Position numbers and translations under genes: made by a program. The notes beneath the pieces were generated by a model. The model was not told the DNA's origin and did not search any database. It saw only the letters and a list, made by a program, of their open reading frames with translations. This document shows positions 48,681-61,531 of a DNA stretch of 64,000 bases, piece by piece; positions within the stretch are counted from its first letter, which is position 1; the number at the start of each line of letters is the position of its first letter. Source of the DNA: Anthoceros angustus. Taxonomy: Eukaryota; Plantae; Anthocerotophyta. The stretch spans positions 496,001 to 560,000 of the forward strand of contig MU008191.1 in NCBI GenBank assembly GCA_010909165.1. Direction: 5' to 3'.

Positions 48681-50528
48681 ATGAAGCTCGTCTTCCTGCT
48701 CTTGCTGCTCTTGTTGAACGCGGGTGTGGGTTCTACGGCTTCGAGGCATCATCGCCACCACAGTAGGAGGGCGCGTTTCTTCGCGCAGGCGCCGAGCCCG
48801 GGTGCGTCTCTCTGGACTCCTCCGCCGACGCCAGGAGCTGACTATGCTGTGGTGCCGTTTAAGGATGTTTCCTCTCCTTCTCCTTCCCCTTACGGTGAGA
48901 GGCCAGATCCCGCGGATGTGCAATCCCCGGATCGTGAGCCCTCGCCTGATCTCTCTTCATCAGGGCTGGCTCCATCCCCTATCATGTTCTCCTGGGATGG
49001 GGAGCTGCCCCCTCCAAATGATGCTCTACCGCCTGCCAAATCCTGGCATGGGTTTGAGATTCCTCCCCCCACTCCTGGGGATGATGGGCCTTCCCAGTAT
49101 TTGCCTCCATCGCCCGCCCCAGGTGGTGATAATGGGCCTTCCCAGCATTTGCCTCCATCGCCCGCCCCAGGTGGTGATGATGGGCCTTCCCAGCATTGGC
49201 CTCCATCGCCCGCCTCGGGTGGTGATGGTGGGCCTTCTTCTTCCCCTGGTGAGTCTCCATCGGGGGCTGCTGCTCCGGAGAATGGTGAGCCCGCCCCGTA
49301 CGCATCACCGCCCGCCCCTCCGCCGGAGGAAGGAGCGGCTTCTGCTGCTTTGCCTTTCTATCTTCCAACTGGTGGCATGTTGGGTGCTGGCGGATCTGGG
49401 TCTGGGAGGCGGCTTTCGGTGTGGGTGATGGCTGCGGTGGTTGGAAGCGGAGTGGTAACGATGATGGTGTTTGTTTCCGCAATGATCTTTGGTTACAGAG
49501 TGTTGAGGAAGAGGAACGGGGCGGCAGTGCGGCCTTGGAAACTCGGCATGAGCGGGCAGATGCAGAAGGCATTTGTGACTGCCATTCCGGCCATCAGCCG
49601 GGCCGAGGTTGAGGCTGCCTGCGAGGATTTCAGCAACATCATCGGGTCTTCACCGGACAGCGTGGTGTTCAAGGGGACTCTGGAGGACGGGACAGAGGTT
49701 GCAGTGACCAGCATTCGAATGTCGGAGGAGTCGTGGACGCCCAAGTCCGAGATCTTCTTCCGGCTGAAGGTGGAGAGCCTGGCGCGAATGAGCCACACCC
49801 ACCTGGTGAATCTGGTGTCCTACTGCGCGGAGGACGATCCGTTCACGAGGATGTTGATTTTCGAGTACGCGTCGAACGGGACATTGTTCGAGCACCTGCA
49901 TCGGAAGGGAGGGGATCCTTTGAGCTGGTCTACCAGGATGCGGATTATCATGGGAACAGCATATGGGTTGCAGTATATGCATCATGAGCTGCAACCGCCC
50001 ATCAGCCATCTGAACTTCAATTCCAATGCTGTCTACCTTACAGAGGACTTCGCAGCGAAGCTGGCGGAGTTTGGGGTCACCAAGGCTGCGGTAGTGAGAA
50101 GTGATCGGAGGAGGTTTCGCAGCAGCAAGAGCAGTGGTGGGATGGAGTACGATGACACGGAGGGTTCTGACAGGCACTCGCCGGACTTCGAGGAGAATGT
50201 GTACAACTTTGGAGTGTTCTTGTTGGAGGTTGTGACAGGTCGGCTCCCCTACAGTGAGAGGGAAGGATCGCTGGTGGACTGGGCTGGGCAGTACATCAGT
50301 GCACCGGAGAACCTGGACTGCATGGTTGATCGGTCGCTGGAGTCGTTTGACCGGAGCCAGCTTCTGGCCATTTGCCAAGTATCCCGTCTTTGCACGGACA
50401 GCTATCCTCATAGACGTTTCACCATGAAGGAGGCAACGAAGATGCTGGCAATGTCATTGAAGATCACACCAGAGATTGCAGCACCCAAAGGTTCTTTGCT
50501 GTGGGCAGAGCTGGAGATTCTTTCCTGA
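48681..50528 (+). CDS. Receptor-like pseudokinase (MDIS/At2g40270-like, LRR-VI-2-related) with a Pro/Ser-rich ectodomain, intronless
   Basis: Signal peptide MKLVFLLLLLLLNAG, Pro-rich region, TM helix, then VRPWKLGMSGQMQKAFVT...EAACEDFSNIIG. Catalytic motifs are degenerate (VAVT, HLN, EFG). Confidence 0.9.
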   Translation: MKLVFLLLLLLLNAGVGSTASRHHRHHSRRARFFAQAPSPGASLWTPPPTPGADYAVVPFKDVSSPSPSPYGERPDPADVQSPDREPSPDLSSSGLAPSPIMFSWDGELPPPNDALPPAKSWHGFEIPPPTPGDDGPSQYLPPSPAPGGDNGPSQHLPPSPAPGGDDGPSQHWPPSPASGGDGGPSSSPGESPSGAAAPENGEPAPYASPPAPPPEEGAASAALPFYLPTGGMLGAGGSGSGRRLSVWVMAAVVGSGVVTMMVFVSAMIFGYRVLRKRNGAAVRPWKLGMSGQMQKAFVTAIPAISRAEVEAACEDFSNIIGSSPDSVVFKGTLEDGTEVAVTSIRMSEESWTPKSEIFFRLKVESLARMSHTHLVNLVSYCAEDDPFTRMLIFEYASNGTLFEHLHRKGGDPLSWSTRMRIIMGTAYGLQYMHHELQPPISHLNFNSNAVYLTEDFAAKLAEFGVTKAAVVRSDRRRFRSSKSSGGMEYDDTEGSDRHSPDFEENVYNFGVFLLEVVTGRLPYSEREGSLVDWAGQYISAPENLDCMVDRSLESFDRSQLLAICQVSRLCTDSYPHRRFTMKEATKMLAMSLKITPEIAAPKGSLLWAELEILS

Positions 50529-50944
50529 CGTGTGGCGATTTCAGAAGCTCACCATGCGGGCGGCCTCCCTTCTGAGATGTAGCAAGTGATTAGTCCATCA
50601 ATTGTACATACTGCGCTGCACTGGAAGGGAGCTTAGCAGAAAACCTGTACAACAGCACTCAAGTCTTGCAGATTATTTGCAGTCCCTGCGGTGACAAAAT
50701 TGTGCACATGCAGGACTCGTGAATCTCTCCTTGGGGCGCCTGTAAAGTAGTGAAGGATCTGCTTTGGGTTGAGTTCATTCTTTCTTGGCATCGGAGGTAT
50801 GTCCCATGGCCACATTCAACAATAAAACCCTCAAAGTAAATGTTTTGATTTGGGTGCCAGTTTTTTTTGCTTTGAATAATAACTGTTTGTCGTTCAAGGA
50901 GTATCAGTTTGTAGAAGAAACTCTTAGTATACCGTCCAACGGTG

Positions 50945-51180
50945 AAATGTTGGACATGGAAACGGGAATTTCTTTGCTTTTGAACGAAATCGGAAAGTGG
51001 GAAACATGGAGAAACTGAATTTCCTTGCTCTTGAACGAAATCGGAAAGTGGGGAGACATGGAGAAACTGAATTTCCTTGCTTTTGAACCAAATCGGAAAC
51101 TGATGGGACATGGAAGGAGAGTAGAAGCGGACTTTCCTTGTTTTTGAACGATATCGGAAGCTTGGGAGACATGGAAGGAG
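50945..51180. repeat. ~50-bp tandem repeat x ~4.5
   Basis: Unit ~TGGGAAACATGGAGAAACTGAATTTCCTTGCTTTTGAACGAAATCGGAAAG. Confidence 0.8.
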
Positions 51181-51541
51181 AGGCGAGCTGTAGCGGTGTT
51201 AGCGGCAGTGGTGTGGACCAGGGTTTCAGATTCACCGCGTCCCGGTCCCGGTCCCGGTCCCAGACTGTCTAAAACAAAGTTCGGGACCGGCGGTCGGTGA
51301 AGTTGCCGGTTCCCGATCCCGGTTCCCTTGTCCAGGGACCGACGCCCCGTGGTCCAAAATTGGAGTAAGGCCCACGTTATGTGTACCTCAAACGGGCCGT
51401 GCACCATATTACAGTCCATGGTTCATTACGACTTTCTAAATAGCATGATAACGGAAAGCTTGAATAGGCAAAGACAGCACAGAAAACTAATGCCTCTCAC
51501 TACGCAGCCGGTAAGGAAGCGACAAATGCTGGCTCCCCAGC

Positions 51542-52699
51542 TGTCTTAGACCTCGTCAATTTACTCCACATAGAGACTTGCACAATTCTCAGCGCTCTTA
51601 ACCTCGCGACACAGCACTAGGAGCACTAGGCTCCAAGCTGACGACTCGCAGACCACCTCGAGAGTACTAGGCTTCTTATCGCGACACAGCACTAGGCTCC
51701 AAGCTGATGACTCACAGACCACCTCGAGAGTACTAGGCTCCAAGAAGCCCTAGGCTCCAAGTTGACGACTCGCAGACCACCTCGAGAGTACTAGGCTCCA
51801 AGAAGCCCTAGGCTCCAAGTTGACGACTCGCAGACCACCTCGAGAGTACTAGGCTCCAAGACCACCTCGAGAGTACTAGGCTCCAAGAAGCCCACTGTCC
51901 ACTAATGACTCGCACGCCCACTATCCACTAATGACTCGCACGCCACCTTAAGAGTACTTGGCTCCACCTCGAGAGTACTAGGCTCCAAGAAGCCCACTGT
52001 CCACTAATGACTCACACGCCACCTTAAGAGTACTTGGCTCCAAGTAGCACATTGTCCAGCGACTCGCACACCACCTCGAGTACTAGACTCCAGTAGCCGC
52101 TATCCAGCGACTCGCAGGCGACCTCGAGAGCACTAGGCTCCAAGTAGCCCGCTGTCTACTGACAACTCATAGGCCACCTCCTCGAGGTGCTGCTCTTCAT
52201 TGATAGAATACAACGATGGAGTCTGACTATCAGGCCCTTGACTCCATGACAAGCTTACTAGAAGCTTACTAGCTAAGCTAGTAAGCTCTTCACAGCTCTC
52301 TCTCAACACTAGGCTTGTAGCACACACTTGCCTCCTCTCTCTCAATGAGTTAGTGTCCTCAAAAGCCCTTGCTTTAGCCCTTATATATCCATGACTGACC
52401 TCAACTAGGGAAACTCGAGGAATTTTTATAGACCACTGATCACTAAGAGTCCTCTCAAGGCAGCTCTTCATTAGTGGCTGTAGCAATTCCTCTCTAATAG
52501 AAGATTGCATGAAGCATGCAATACATGCATTTCTTAACAGGGCAACTATTAGCTTAGCTTTTTACCTCTTTTAACTTTTCATCTTTCTACCTTATTTCAT
52601 CAATACCCTTACTAGCAACACAATTGAGATTTTATTAATATTTATTGAATAGATATATTTATAGAATAAAAATATCTTTATATAGTGACCAGGGCTACA
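51542..52699 (-). mobile_element. Probable LTR of a second family, with an internal tandem array (part duplicated at ~52720-53503)
   Basis: Minus strand starts TGTAGCCC and ends TCTAAGACA; TATA (atatataag) followed by a GA-rich tract; array of CTCGAGAGTACTAGGCTCCAAG units at 51620-52145. No TSD found. Confidence 0.45.
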
Positions 52700-53618
52700 C
52701 CTCAACATCGGTTCCCAGTGCACGCCACCTTAAGAGTACTTGGCTCCACCTCGAGAGTACTAGGCTCCAAGAAGCCCACTGTCCACTAATGACTCACACG
52801 CCACCTTAAGAGTACTTGGCTCCAAGTAGCCTGTTGTCCACTGACGACTCGCACACCACCTCGAGAGTACTAGACTCCAAGTAGCCCGCTATCCACTGAC
52901 GACTCGCAGGCGACCTCGAGAGCACTAGGCTCCAAGTAGCCCGCTGTCTACTGACAACTCATAGGCCACCTCCTCGAGGTGCTGCTCTTCATTGATAGAA
53001 TACAACGATGGAGTCTGACTATCAGGCCCTTGACTCCATGACAAGCTTACTAGAAGCTTACTAGCTAAGCTAGTAAGCTCTTCACAGCTCTCTCTCAACA
53101 CTAGGCTTGTAGCACACACTTGCCTCCTCTCTCTCAATGAGTTAGTGTCCTCAAAAGCCCTTGCTTTAGCCCTTATATATCCCGCAGCCTGACCTCAACT
53201 AGGCAGCTGTTAACTCAGGGAATTTTTATAGACCACTGATCACTAAGAGTCCTCTCAAGGCAGCTCTTCATTAGTGGCTGTAGCAATTCCTCTCTAATAG
53301 AAGATTGCATGAAGCATGCAATACATGCATTTCTTAACAGGGCAACTATTAGCTTAGCTTTTTACCTCTTTTAACTTTTCATCTTTCTACCTTATTTCAT
53401 CAATACCCTTACTAGCAACACAATTGAGATTTTATTAATATTTATTGAATAGATATATTTATAGAATAAAAATATCTTTATATAGCTGAGACCGAGGGCT
53501 ACACCTCAACATCAGTTCCCAGGTACGGCCACGCGACCCAACATGCCATGCTCATAGCCTGTCCTTCTTCTCTCCTAGCTCCCTCTCTCTTCGCAGCGCG
53601 AACTCGCAATCGTGCCAT

Positions 53619-53770
53619 GGGAGGCGATAGGAAACTAGACAATCGGGCCACCAGGGGCGCCAAGAAACTAGACAGTCGGGCCACTGGGGGCGGCAAGAAA
53701 CTAGACAGTCGGGCCACCGAGGGCGATAGGATACTAGACAATCGGCCCACCGGGGGCGACAGGAAACTAA
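53619..53770. repeat. 33-bp tandem repeat x ~4.5
   Basis: Unit ~GGGGGCGATAGGAAACTAGACAATCGGGCCACC. Confidence 0.85.
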
Positions 53771-54829
53771 TTTAAGTTCCAGTTACCTTGATTGCCACTA
53801 CGTTCGCCGTGGCAACACTCTTGCCCTTCATTTTAGTTGGTTTGTGTTTAGAAGGTGGGGAGAGTGCACAAATGGTGGTGCTTTGCTCAAGCATGGCATG
53901 CGGTAGGAGCAAGAAAATATGGCATCCACACAGTGTTGTCCGCTAAAAGAGCAGACCAAGGAGGAGGTACAAACATTAATCAAACTGCAGAGATGGAAGA
54001 GGTGCCACTACCATTATATTGTTCATTTCCTGTTTAAATTTCCATACGAGGGAAGTTTTCTTTCACTGACCTGGACTGGAAGCAACCCATAGATAAAGTT
54101 TCATACCATCGAAGTAAATGTCCACAATGTATAAGGAAAGACTTGGCTTCCCATGAAGCATCTGAAGCAAGGTATCCATACGACAATACCAAAAACCGTA
54201 GTCGACCGTGCACAAATCGATTGTAAGCTTTCCTCAACTTCAAACTCTGGTGTGCCGTCAACCAGCGCAAGTGGCTCACCCTAATAAGGTTTAAGCAAAC
54301 TCGAATTAAAAACATTAGGGATTTGCCAAGTGGTCGGCAGAGATCGTCGATAAATACGACGTTGGGCCGACAACTTGAAGTATACGAAAAGGTTCAATTT
54401 ACCAATCCTACGGCTTACGAGCTCATTGCAGCTGAAGATTCATATTTGCTAGCATTTATAGCATATCAAAGAGGACAGAGGGGACAGGGCACATTTTTTT
54501 CACACCAAACTTAAGTTTCTCCGCACCTCACATTTGCTTGTATGCTTGATTACATCCGCTTTGGTAGCAAACCGAACTGAGGGTGCCCAAAGTGGACACA
54601 CCAAAGCGGCCACTTTGAAGCATACACACAAACCCAACCTCTTTTTTTACGCATCGAACTTCCTTCCGTGCGGTCCATTCAAGTTTTCTTTGCACATCGA
54701 AGTTGTAGTGTGAGCGGGTTGAGTTTTGGAGAAACTCAGCCTTCTAGCACCCTTCACCTCAACCCTTCCATGAGGCTGGCGGGGCGGGCAAAGGCTCTAT
54801 AGAAACAGCCTCTCCAAGCGGGAGTCGAT

Positions 54830-55180
54830 GCGGTAAGTTGAACGGGAGTGGTGCGACGGGCGTAGGTGCGGTTGAGCGGTGAGGCGGGTGTGGGTGCGGT
54901 TGAGCGGTCAAGCAGGCGTGGGTGCGGTTGAGCAGTGAGGCGGACGTGGGTGCAATTGAGCGGTCAGGCGGGCGTGGTTGCAGTTGAGCGGTCAGGCGGG
55001 TGTGGGTGCGGTTGAGTGGTGAGGTGCGCGTGGTTGCGGTTGGGTGGTCAGGCGGACGTGGGTACGGTTGAGCGGTGACACGGGTGTAGTTGCGGTTAAG
55101 CAGTCAGGCGGACGTGGGTGCGGTTGAGCGGTGAGACGAGCGTGGTTGTGGTTGAGCGGTCAGGCGGGCGTGGGTGCGGA
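54830..55180. repeat. 28-bp G-rich minisatellite x ~12
   Basis: Unit ~GCGGTTGAGCGGTCAGGCGGGCGTGGGT. Confidence 0.9.
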
Positions 55181-57069
55181 TGTAAGGTGTGGTGCGGGAG
55201 GTTTGGGGAAAGAGGTTGTGGCCTATAGTAGGGGCGAGGTGGGCAGTCAGGGCTGTGGGTTGGGTTGGAGTGGAGAGGAATGGGCAGTTGAGCCTTTAGG
55301 TTGGGGTGGCCACTTGGGGGCAACCTCTCGAAGTGGATAGTGAGGGCGGCAGGTTGTAGGGCGGATAGTGGGGTGCAATTCGGATCCTGTGGGTGGAGTG
55401 GGTAGGATGGCAGGCACCGTGCCTCCTTCTCCTCTTCAGTCTACACAGGCCTCGCACCCTGCAGCCACAGCATGTGCGGGCCACTAGTGGAGGAGGGTTC
55501 CATGGTCTTCGCCACGCTGTTAAGCTCCTAGCATGTCGTCTGAGCTCTTTTGAAGGTTATATAACCCCAAGAAGCACATGCACCCTCTGTGCTATGAGGA
55601 CCTGGATACGCTACCGTAGCACGCCGAAGACCACAACAACCTCATCTGCCATATCGAGAACTACCCTACGAATTTTGAAGTTCTTTTCGAACTTAGTGAC
55701 CGCTGTTGCAGGTACTTGGATTGGACTTGGACTTCATATTATGAGAGTGCCTTCCTGAAGCTGGAAGTGCACTATTTGATGCACACTCACTTTAATGACT
55801 TGCCCTTGGGTCCTAACAATTGCTGAGAGCTTGCGCGGTGGAAGTGCCTGGAAAGCCTTGAGGACTTCAAGTTGATATGCGCATGTTGAATCACAAGTTA
55901 GGCGGCTGGCCCAGATGGTTTCGCCCGCTCTTGGATTTCATTACAAATTGTATCACGAACCGGACGTATGTTAGGCACTACCTGTGGAAAGAGCTGAATG
56001 ATCTATGTATCACCGAGGAAACTAAGTATGGGGTTGTCCAAATAGATGCTGCCATCGGGCTCTAAATGTTCCATCTATAAGTTTCTATAATTTTGATAAG
56101 CTTTTGAGGCCTCAACTTTCCCATTATGGTTCAGGCTTGCCCCCGTGGAGTAGCTTTCAGATCTGCTAGAGACTCCTTTCAGTTCAAGTTTGGAAACTGT
56201 TTTTTGTTTTTTGTTAATTCAAAGGTCATTCTAGTTTATCACATCTCATATCAGGCTTGCATCTTCAAGTTGCAAAAACTTGCGCCTTGCACAATCTTTC
56301 GGCTCACATTTGCAGGCGTGCAGTTTATATAATCTTTTTTACAAATTTAAATGATAAGTTTCCAATTCATGTTCTAAAACTTATTCGCCTATACTCAACA
56401 CATATTAAAACTCTTCCACAAGCCTAGCTAAGCATGCTCCTCAGTTACTTGTAACTCAGAGGCTGCCAGACTTCCTACAAAGGGGGGAGAGTCGACTGAA
56501 CATCTCAGCCATTGGCGTCCATTCGGCTTCATAGATGTAGTTGTAACCACCTTTGGACACTATTACCTCTCGCCTTGCACCTCATACAAACAAGGTTCAA
56601 CATTACCGAAGTAGACAAATGAGACGAGCACTTTTTCTTCGTAAGTTCCTTGTACAGTACACCTGGATACCTAGGCATCTATAAGAATATACTGGCGCAT
56701 CTTGTATGGACGTTATACCTCAACATACAGCTCAGGTGTCCGCTTTGGCGCTCTTGCCAAGACCGGCCATGTACCAGCCATGAGTAAAGACTCTCTTTCA
56801 AAAGCGTCCCTTTCAAAACAAGATTGTCTCTATGAACCCAAGAGTGTTTATTATTTTCAAAAAACCTCTAAACGTAGTGGCACGCCATGCTTGTCATCCT
56901 TGTGCATACTAACCCTTGTTGCTAAAGGATGCAAGTTGTATGTAGGACATGGAAACGGCGAAGGACATAGCGTACAAGGTAGGGTTGTAGTGCACAAATT
57001 ACCTATCACATATGTTTCGCCTTCATCGAGCGGTAATAGTCGTGTGCTTGTATTGCAGGTGACGGGGGC

Positions 57070-60000
57070 TCCCATTAGAGGAGATGATGTGAGAATGGAC
57101 TAAAGAGCAGTGCATGGTGTGGACATGGCAATTATCGTGTGAAACACATGATGGATAAGCATCGGTCACTAGTTAAATTTTCTGTTGACCAGTGGATAAT
57201 GCTTATGGAATGCTACATGTTATCCCGTGCTTGTTTTGGTATCTCAGCATGATGATGCCCATATACTTTTGGTTTTGTGCGGCTCACAGGTTTGGACAGG
57301 AATGATGGGTGGAGTGCTAGAGCCAATAGAGCAGAAATGAACACGTGGGAAGGCCATGCAAGCTTGCCCTCCATTCCTAGCTTGGACAACCCATCGATTC
57401 AGCATGATGAGCTTCCATCTAATCAGCTTCATCGACCATACGGCTAGTGTTGAATCTAATCGGAGCAATGGAGGCGAGATTCGAGATCGGAGGCCGATGG
57501 CTCTAAAAGGCGCAAATCTAGTATGGGGTGCATCCAGGAGATGCAAATGGCCAGGCTCCATGAGCTGCAAATAGGTTTCATGCAGCATCCTCGTTCAGCA
57601 ATGTCTGGATTTCAAGCTTTATCGACAGAGCCAGCAGGCCTTGGGCAAAATTTTGCTGTGGAGATAGTTTGCGCCCAGCTAATATTGTAGAGAAGGTGGA
57701 TAACAAAATTCTTTTTTCAAGCCATTGTTCACAAATGAGGCATATACTGGGTGCAAAGCATCATTGAGTCAGACAAACCCCTTACAGAGGAAAATGAGGC
57801 CGAGGAGAGTGCAGCGGATCCACATCGTACAAAGGCCTAAGACAGAACGACATGATCAAGTAGTGAAAATGGTGAAACATTTGGCTATAGTGGAGATGTC
57901 GCGTTTGGAGAAATGGAAGGATGTTTCGGAACGGAGGGAAAAAAAAAGGATGTGCGCGGAGGTAGAGAAAGCATTCCCTGACCAGTTAATGAAGGGAATA
58001 ATCTGTCACCAGGCCTTGGACATTAGGGCTATGAACACAGTGTAGGCTGCTGTGATGAAAGAAAAGCACGCAAAGGATGAACTCAATAATAACTTAAAGC
58101 CCCTCGACCTGGATGACAAAAGCTAGTAAAAGAATACAAGTTGGGCTAGAGTTGAATTGGCATGTGGCTGCCCAAGCAAGTTTGGATAGCACTAGCGGGT
58201 TAGGTCCCAACTTAAGGGGCAAAGGTGGTAAACAAGGATGGATGCGACAAGAGAGATGCTAAGAAGGCAAGACACGTAGGAGAAAAGTGGTAGCTGAGTG
58301 AAGCGCAAAGAGGATGGGAACCACAGGCAGACATGGGAGACATCCAACTGCGGATGAAGACGACATGAGAACCATGCAATGCACCTCAACAAACTTGGTT
58401 CAAGGAAAAAAAAGTCCAAAGGTAAGAGCGAGGGATGCAACGACAAAAAAACAAGTTGTTTGCAGAAGCCTGGAGCAACTGCAGCGGAGGAGGAAGGGGA
58501 CGGGGATGCGGATGGATTTATCAACTTTTGTGTGAGAGTGGTCCGATGCCCCTACAGATGTGGCTTCCAGTGTGGTTAGTGCATCCACCGAAGACGTGGA
58601 GGAGGTAAAGTCCCCGCGAGTGAAGACAATGTGTAAGCGGCTCCTGTGTGAAGATGATTCCAATTTGATATGTTGTCTGGGCAGTCGACGGAGGCTAGAC
58701 CCATCACAAATAAAATCAAATTTTGATTGATAGTTTTCACTAAAAATAACTTTTACTAGTTCTTTATATAGTTGTTTGAAAGCTAGCACTCTCTCTAAGC
58801 AGCATCAAAAAAACCTCTACCTATCATAAAGGAAAAAGCTTAGCTTAAGAGTCTTCAATCATACCTAAAAGTCTATTGTGCTCTGAAATAATCGAATCCT
58901 TTTTCGTTTTTTTTTTTAATTTTTTTAGTAAAAAAATGAAAATCCCATTTAAGGAGGTAAAACTAACATGAATGTATGTTTCAAAAGGTCCCAATTACCA
59001 TTTAGGGAAAAATCCCATTTGTTACATTGTAAACTAAAGGGAGTAGGATGGGAGGTCCCATTTAGAGAGGAACCCCATTTATGGAGTTCCCAATTAGAGG
59101 AGATGATGTGAGAATGGACTAAAGAGCAGTGCATGGTGTGGACATGGCAATTATCGTGTGAAACACATGATGGATAAGCATCGGTCACTAGTTAAATTTT
59201 ACATTGACGATGGATAATGCTTATGGAATGCTACATGTTATCCGTGCTTGTTTTGGTATCTCGACATGATGCCCATATACTTTTGGTTTTGTGCGGCTCA
59301 CGAGGTTTGGGCGGAATGATGGGTGGAGTGCTAGAGCCAATAGGCGAAATGAACACGTGGGAAGGCCATGCAAGCTTGCCTCCATTCCTAGCTTGGACAA
59401 CCCATCGATTGACATGATGAGCTTCCATCTAATCGCCGACCATACGGCTAGTGTTGAATCTAATCGGAGCAATGGAGGCGAGATTCGAGATCGGAGGCCG
59501 ATGGCTCTAAAAGGCGCAAATCTAGTATGGGGTGCATCCAGGAGATGCAAATGGCCAGGCTCCATGAGCTGCAAATAGGTTTCATGCAGCATCCTCGTTC
59601 AGCAATGTCTGGATTTCAAGCTTTATCGACAGAGCCAGCAGGCCTTGGGCAAAATTTTGCTGTGGAGATAGTTTGCGCCCAGCTAATATTGTAGAGAAGG
59701 TGGATAACAAAATTCTTTTTTCAAGCCATTGTTCACAAATGAGGCATATACTGGGTGCAAAGCATCATTGAGTCAGACAAACCCCTTACAGAGGAAAATG
59801 AGGCCGAGGAGAGTGCAGCGGATCCACATCGTACAAAGGCCTAAGACAGCACGACATGATCAAGTAGTGAAAATGGTGAAACATTTGGCTATAGTGGAGA
59901 TGTCGCGTTTGGAGAAATGGAAGGATGTTTGAGCGGAGGAAAAAAAGGATGTGCGCGGAGGTAGAGAAAGCATTCCCTGACCAGTTAATGAAGGGAATAA

Positions 60001-61081
60001 TCATCACCGAGCCTTGGACATTAGGGCTATGAACACAGTGTAGGCTGCTGTGATGAAAGAAAAGCACGCAAAGGATGAACTCAATAATAACTTAAAGCCC
60101 CTCGACCTGGATGACAAAAGCTAGTAAAAGAATACAAGTTGGGCTAGAGTTGAATTCAGGCATATGTGGCTGCCCAAGCAAGTTTGGATAGCACTAGCGG
60201 GTTAGGTCCCAACTTAAGGGGCAAAGGTGGTAAACAAGGATGGATGCGACAAGAGAGATGCTAAGAAGGCAAGACACGTAGGAGAAAAGTGGTAGCTGAG
60301 TGAAGCGCAAAGAGGATGGGAACCACAGGACATGGGAGACATCCAAGCTGGATGAAGCGACATGAGAACCATGCAATGCACCTCAACAAACTTGGTTCAA
60401 GGAAAAAAAGTCCAAAGGTAAGAGCGAGGATGCAGCGACAAAAAACAAGTTGTTTGCGAGCTGGAGCAAGCTGCGGAGGAGGAAGGGGACCGGGATGCGG
60501 ATGGATTTATCAACTTTTGTGTGAGAGTGGTCCGATGCCCCTCTGAGATGTGGCTTCCGGTGTGGTTAGTGCATCCACCAAGAAGGCGTGGAGGTAAAGT
60601 CCGCAGTGAAGACAATGTGTGGCGGCTCACATGTGAAGATGATTCCAATTTGATATGTTGTCTGGGCAGTCGACGGAGGCTAGACCCATCACAAATAAAA
60701 TCAAATTTTGATTGATAGTTTTCACTAAAAATAACTTTTACTAGTTCTTTATATAGTTGTTTGAAAGCTAGCACTCTCTCTAAGCAGCATCAAAAAAACC
60801 TCTACCTATCATAAAGGAAAAAGCTTAGCTTAAGAGTCTTCAATCATACCTAAAAGTCTATTGTGCTCTGAAATAATCGAATCCTTTTTCGTTTTTTTTT
60901 TTAATTTTTTTAGTAAAAAAATGAAAATCCCATTTAAGGAGGTAAAACTAACATGAATGTATGTTTCAAAAGGTCCCAATTACCATTTAGGGAAAAATCC
61001 CATTTGTTACATTGTAAACTAAAGGGAGTAGGATGGGAGGTCCCATTTAGAGAGGAACCCCATTTATGGAGTTCCCAATTA
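57070..61081. repeat. ~2-kb direct tandem duplication of degenerate TE-like sequence (57070-59095 / 59096-61081)
   Basis: Near-identical units; the junction has ccca(a)ttag microhomology. Confidence 0.9.
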
Positions 61082-61095
61082 GGGGGGACAGACTG
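60900..61095 (-). mobile_element. Single terminus of a pogo/Tc1-like DNA transposon
   Basis: Minus strand TA|CAGTCTGTCCCCCCTAATTGGG with subterminal AAATGGG repeats; partner TIR not found. Confidence 0.4.
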
Positions 61096-61531
61096 TACTT
61101 AGAATCCCAGCGAATGTACTTTGCTATGAGGGTCACAAATTGGTCACATGATAGGAAACAATGGTAAAGAAAGCAAGGGATTGAAACTCCAGCGTTTAAG
61201 ACTCTCAATGATGAGTCGGTTCGTCCATGTATATGGTGTTATGGTACCTGAAACGAGTGAGAAAAAAGGGTGGCCTTTATGCCAGTGAGAAACGCAAACG
61301 ATTGAGAAGAAAAGGGTGGCTTTTATGCGAGTGAGAAACGTGAGCTACACCGAGTACCGTGGGATGTAAATACTTCGAGTTTGGCAAGGGGTTATAAGTA
61401 CCAGCTGGACAGCCAGCTGCGGACAGTGGAGGCGGAGCAATTGCGAGCAGAAGCGGCTCCCTCGGAGGAATTGCAGCTCGTCGTCACGAGTGGGTGACTG
61501 CCCTGCTTGGGATAGGTTGTAGCAGGGACGG

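Noticed and set aside
47745-48682. Poly-Leu/Ala/Ser ORFs around the CTG repeat
   Set aside because: Low-complexity ORFs produced by the microsatellite and high GC content.
51620-52145. Repeat array resembling a CRISPR array
   Set aside because: The intervening sequences are themselves repeated, the context is eukaryotic and there are no cas genes; it is a tandem repeat.
53820-57060. Short ORFs, including a Cys-containing peptide at 56857-57075
   Set aside because: No recognisable motif or consistent exon structure; probably decayed repeats.
57244-58789. Harbinger Myb/NAM-associated remnant (RPMALKGA resembles RPxGxKxAK)
   Set aside because: Only a short motif in a stop-ridden region; insufficient to call a family.
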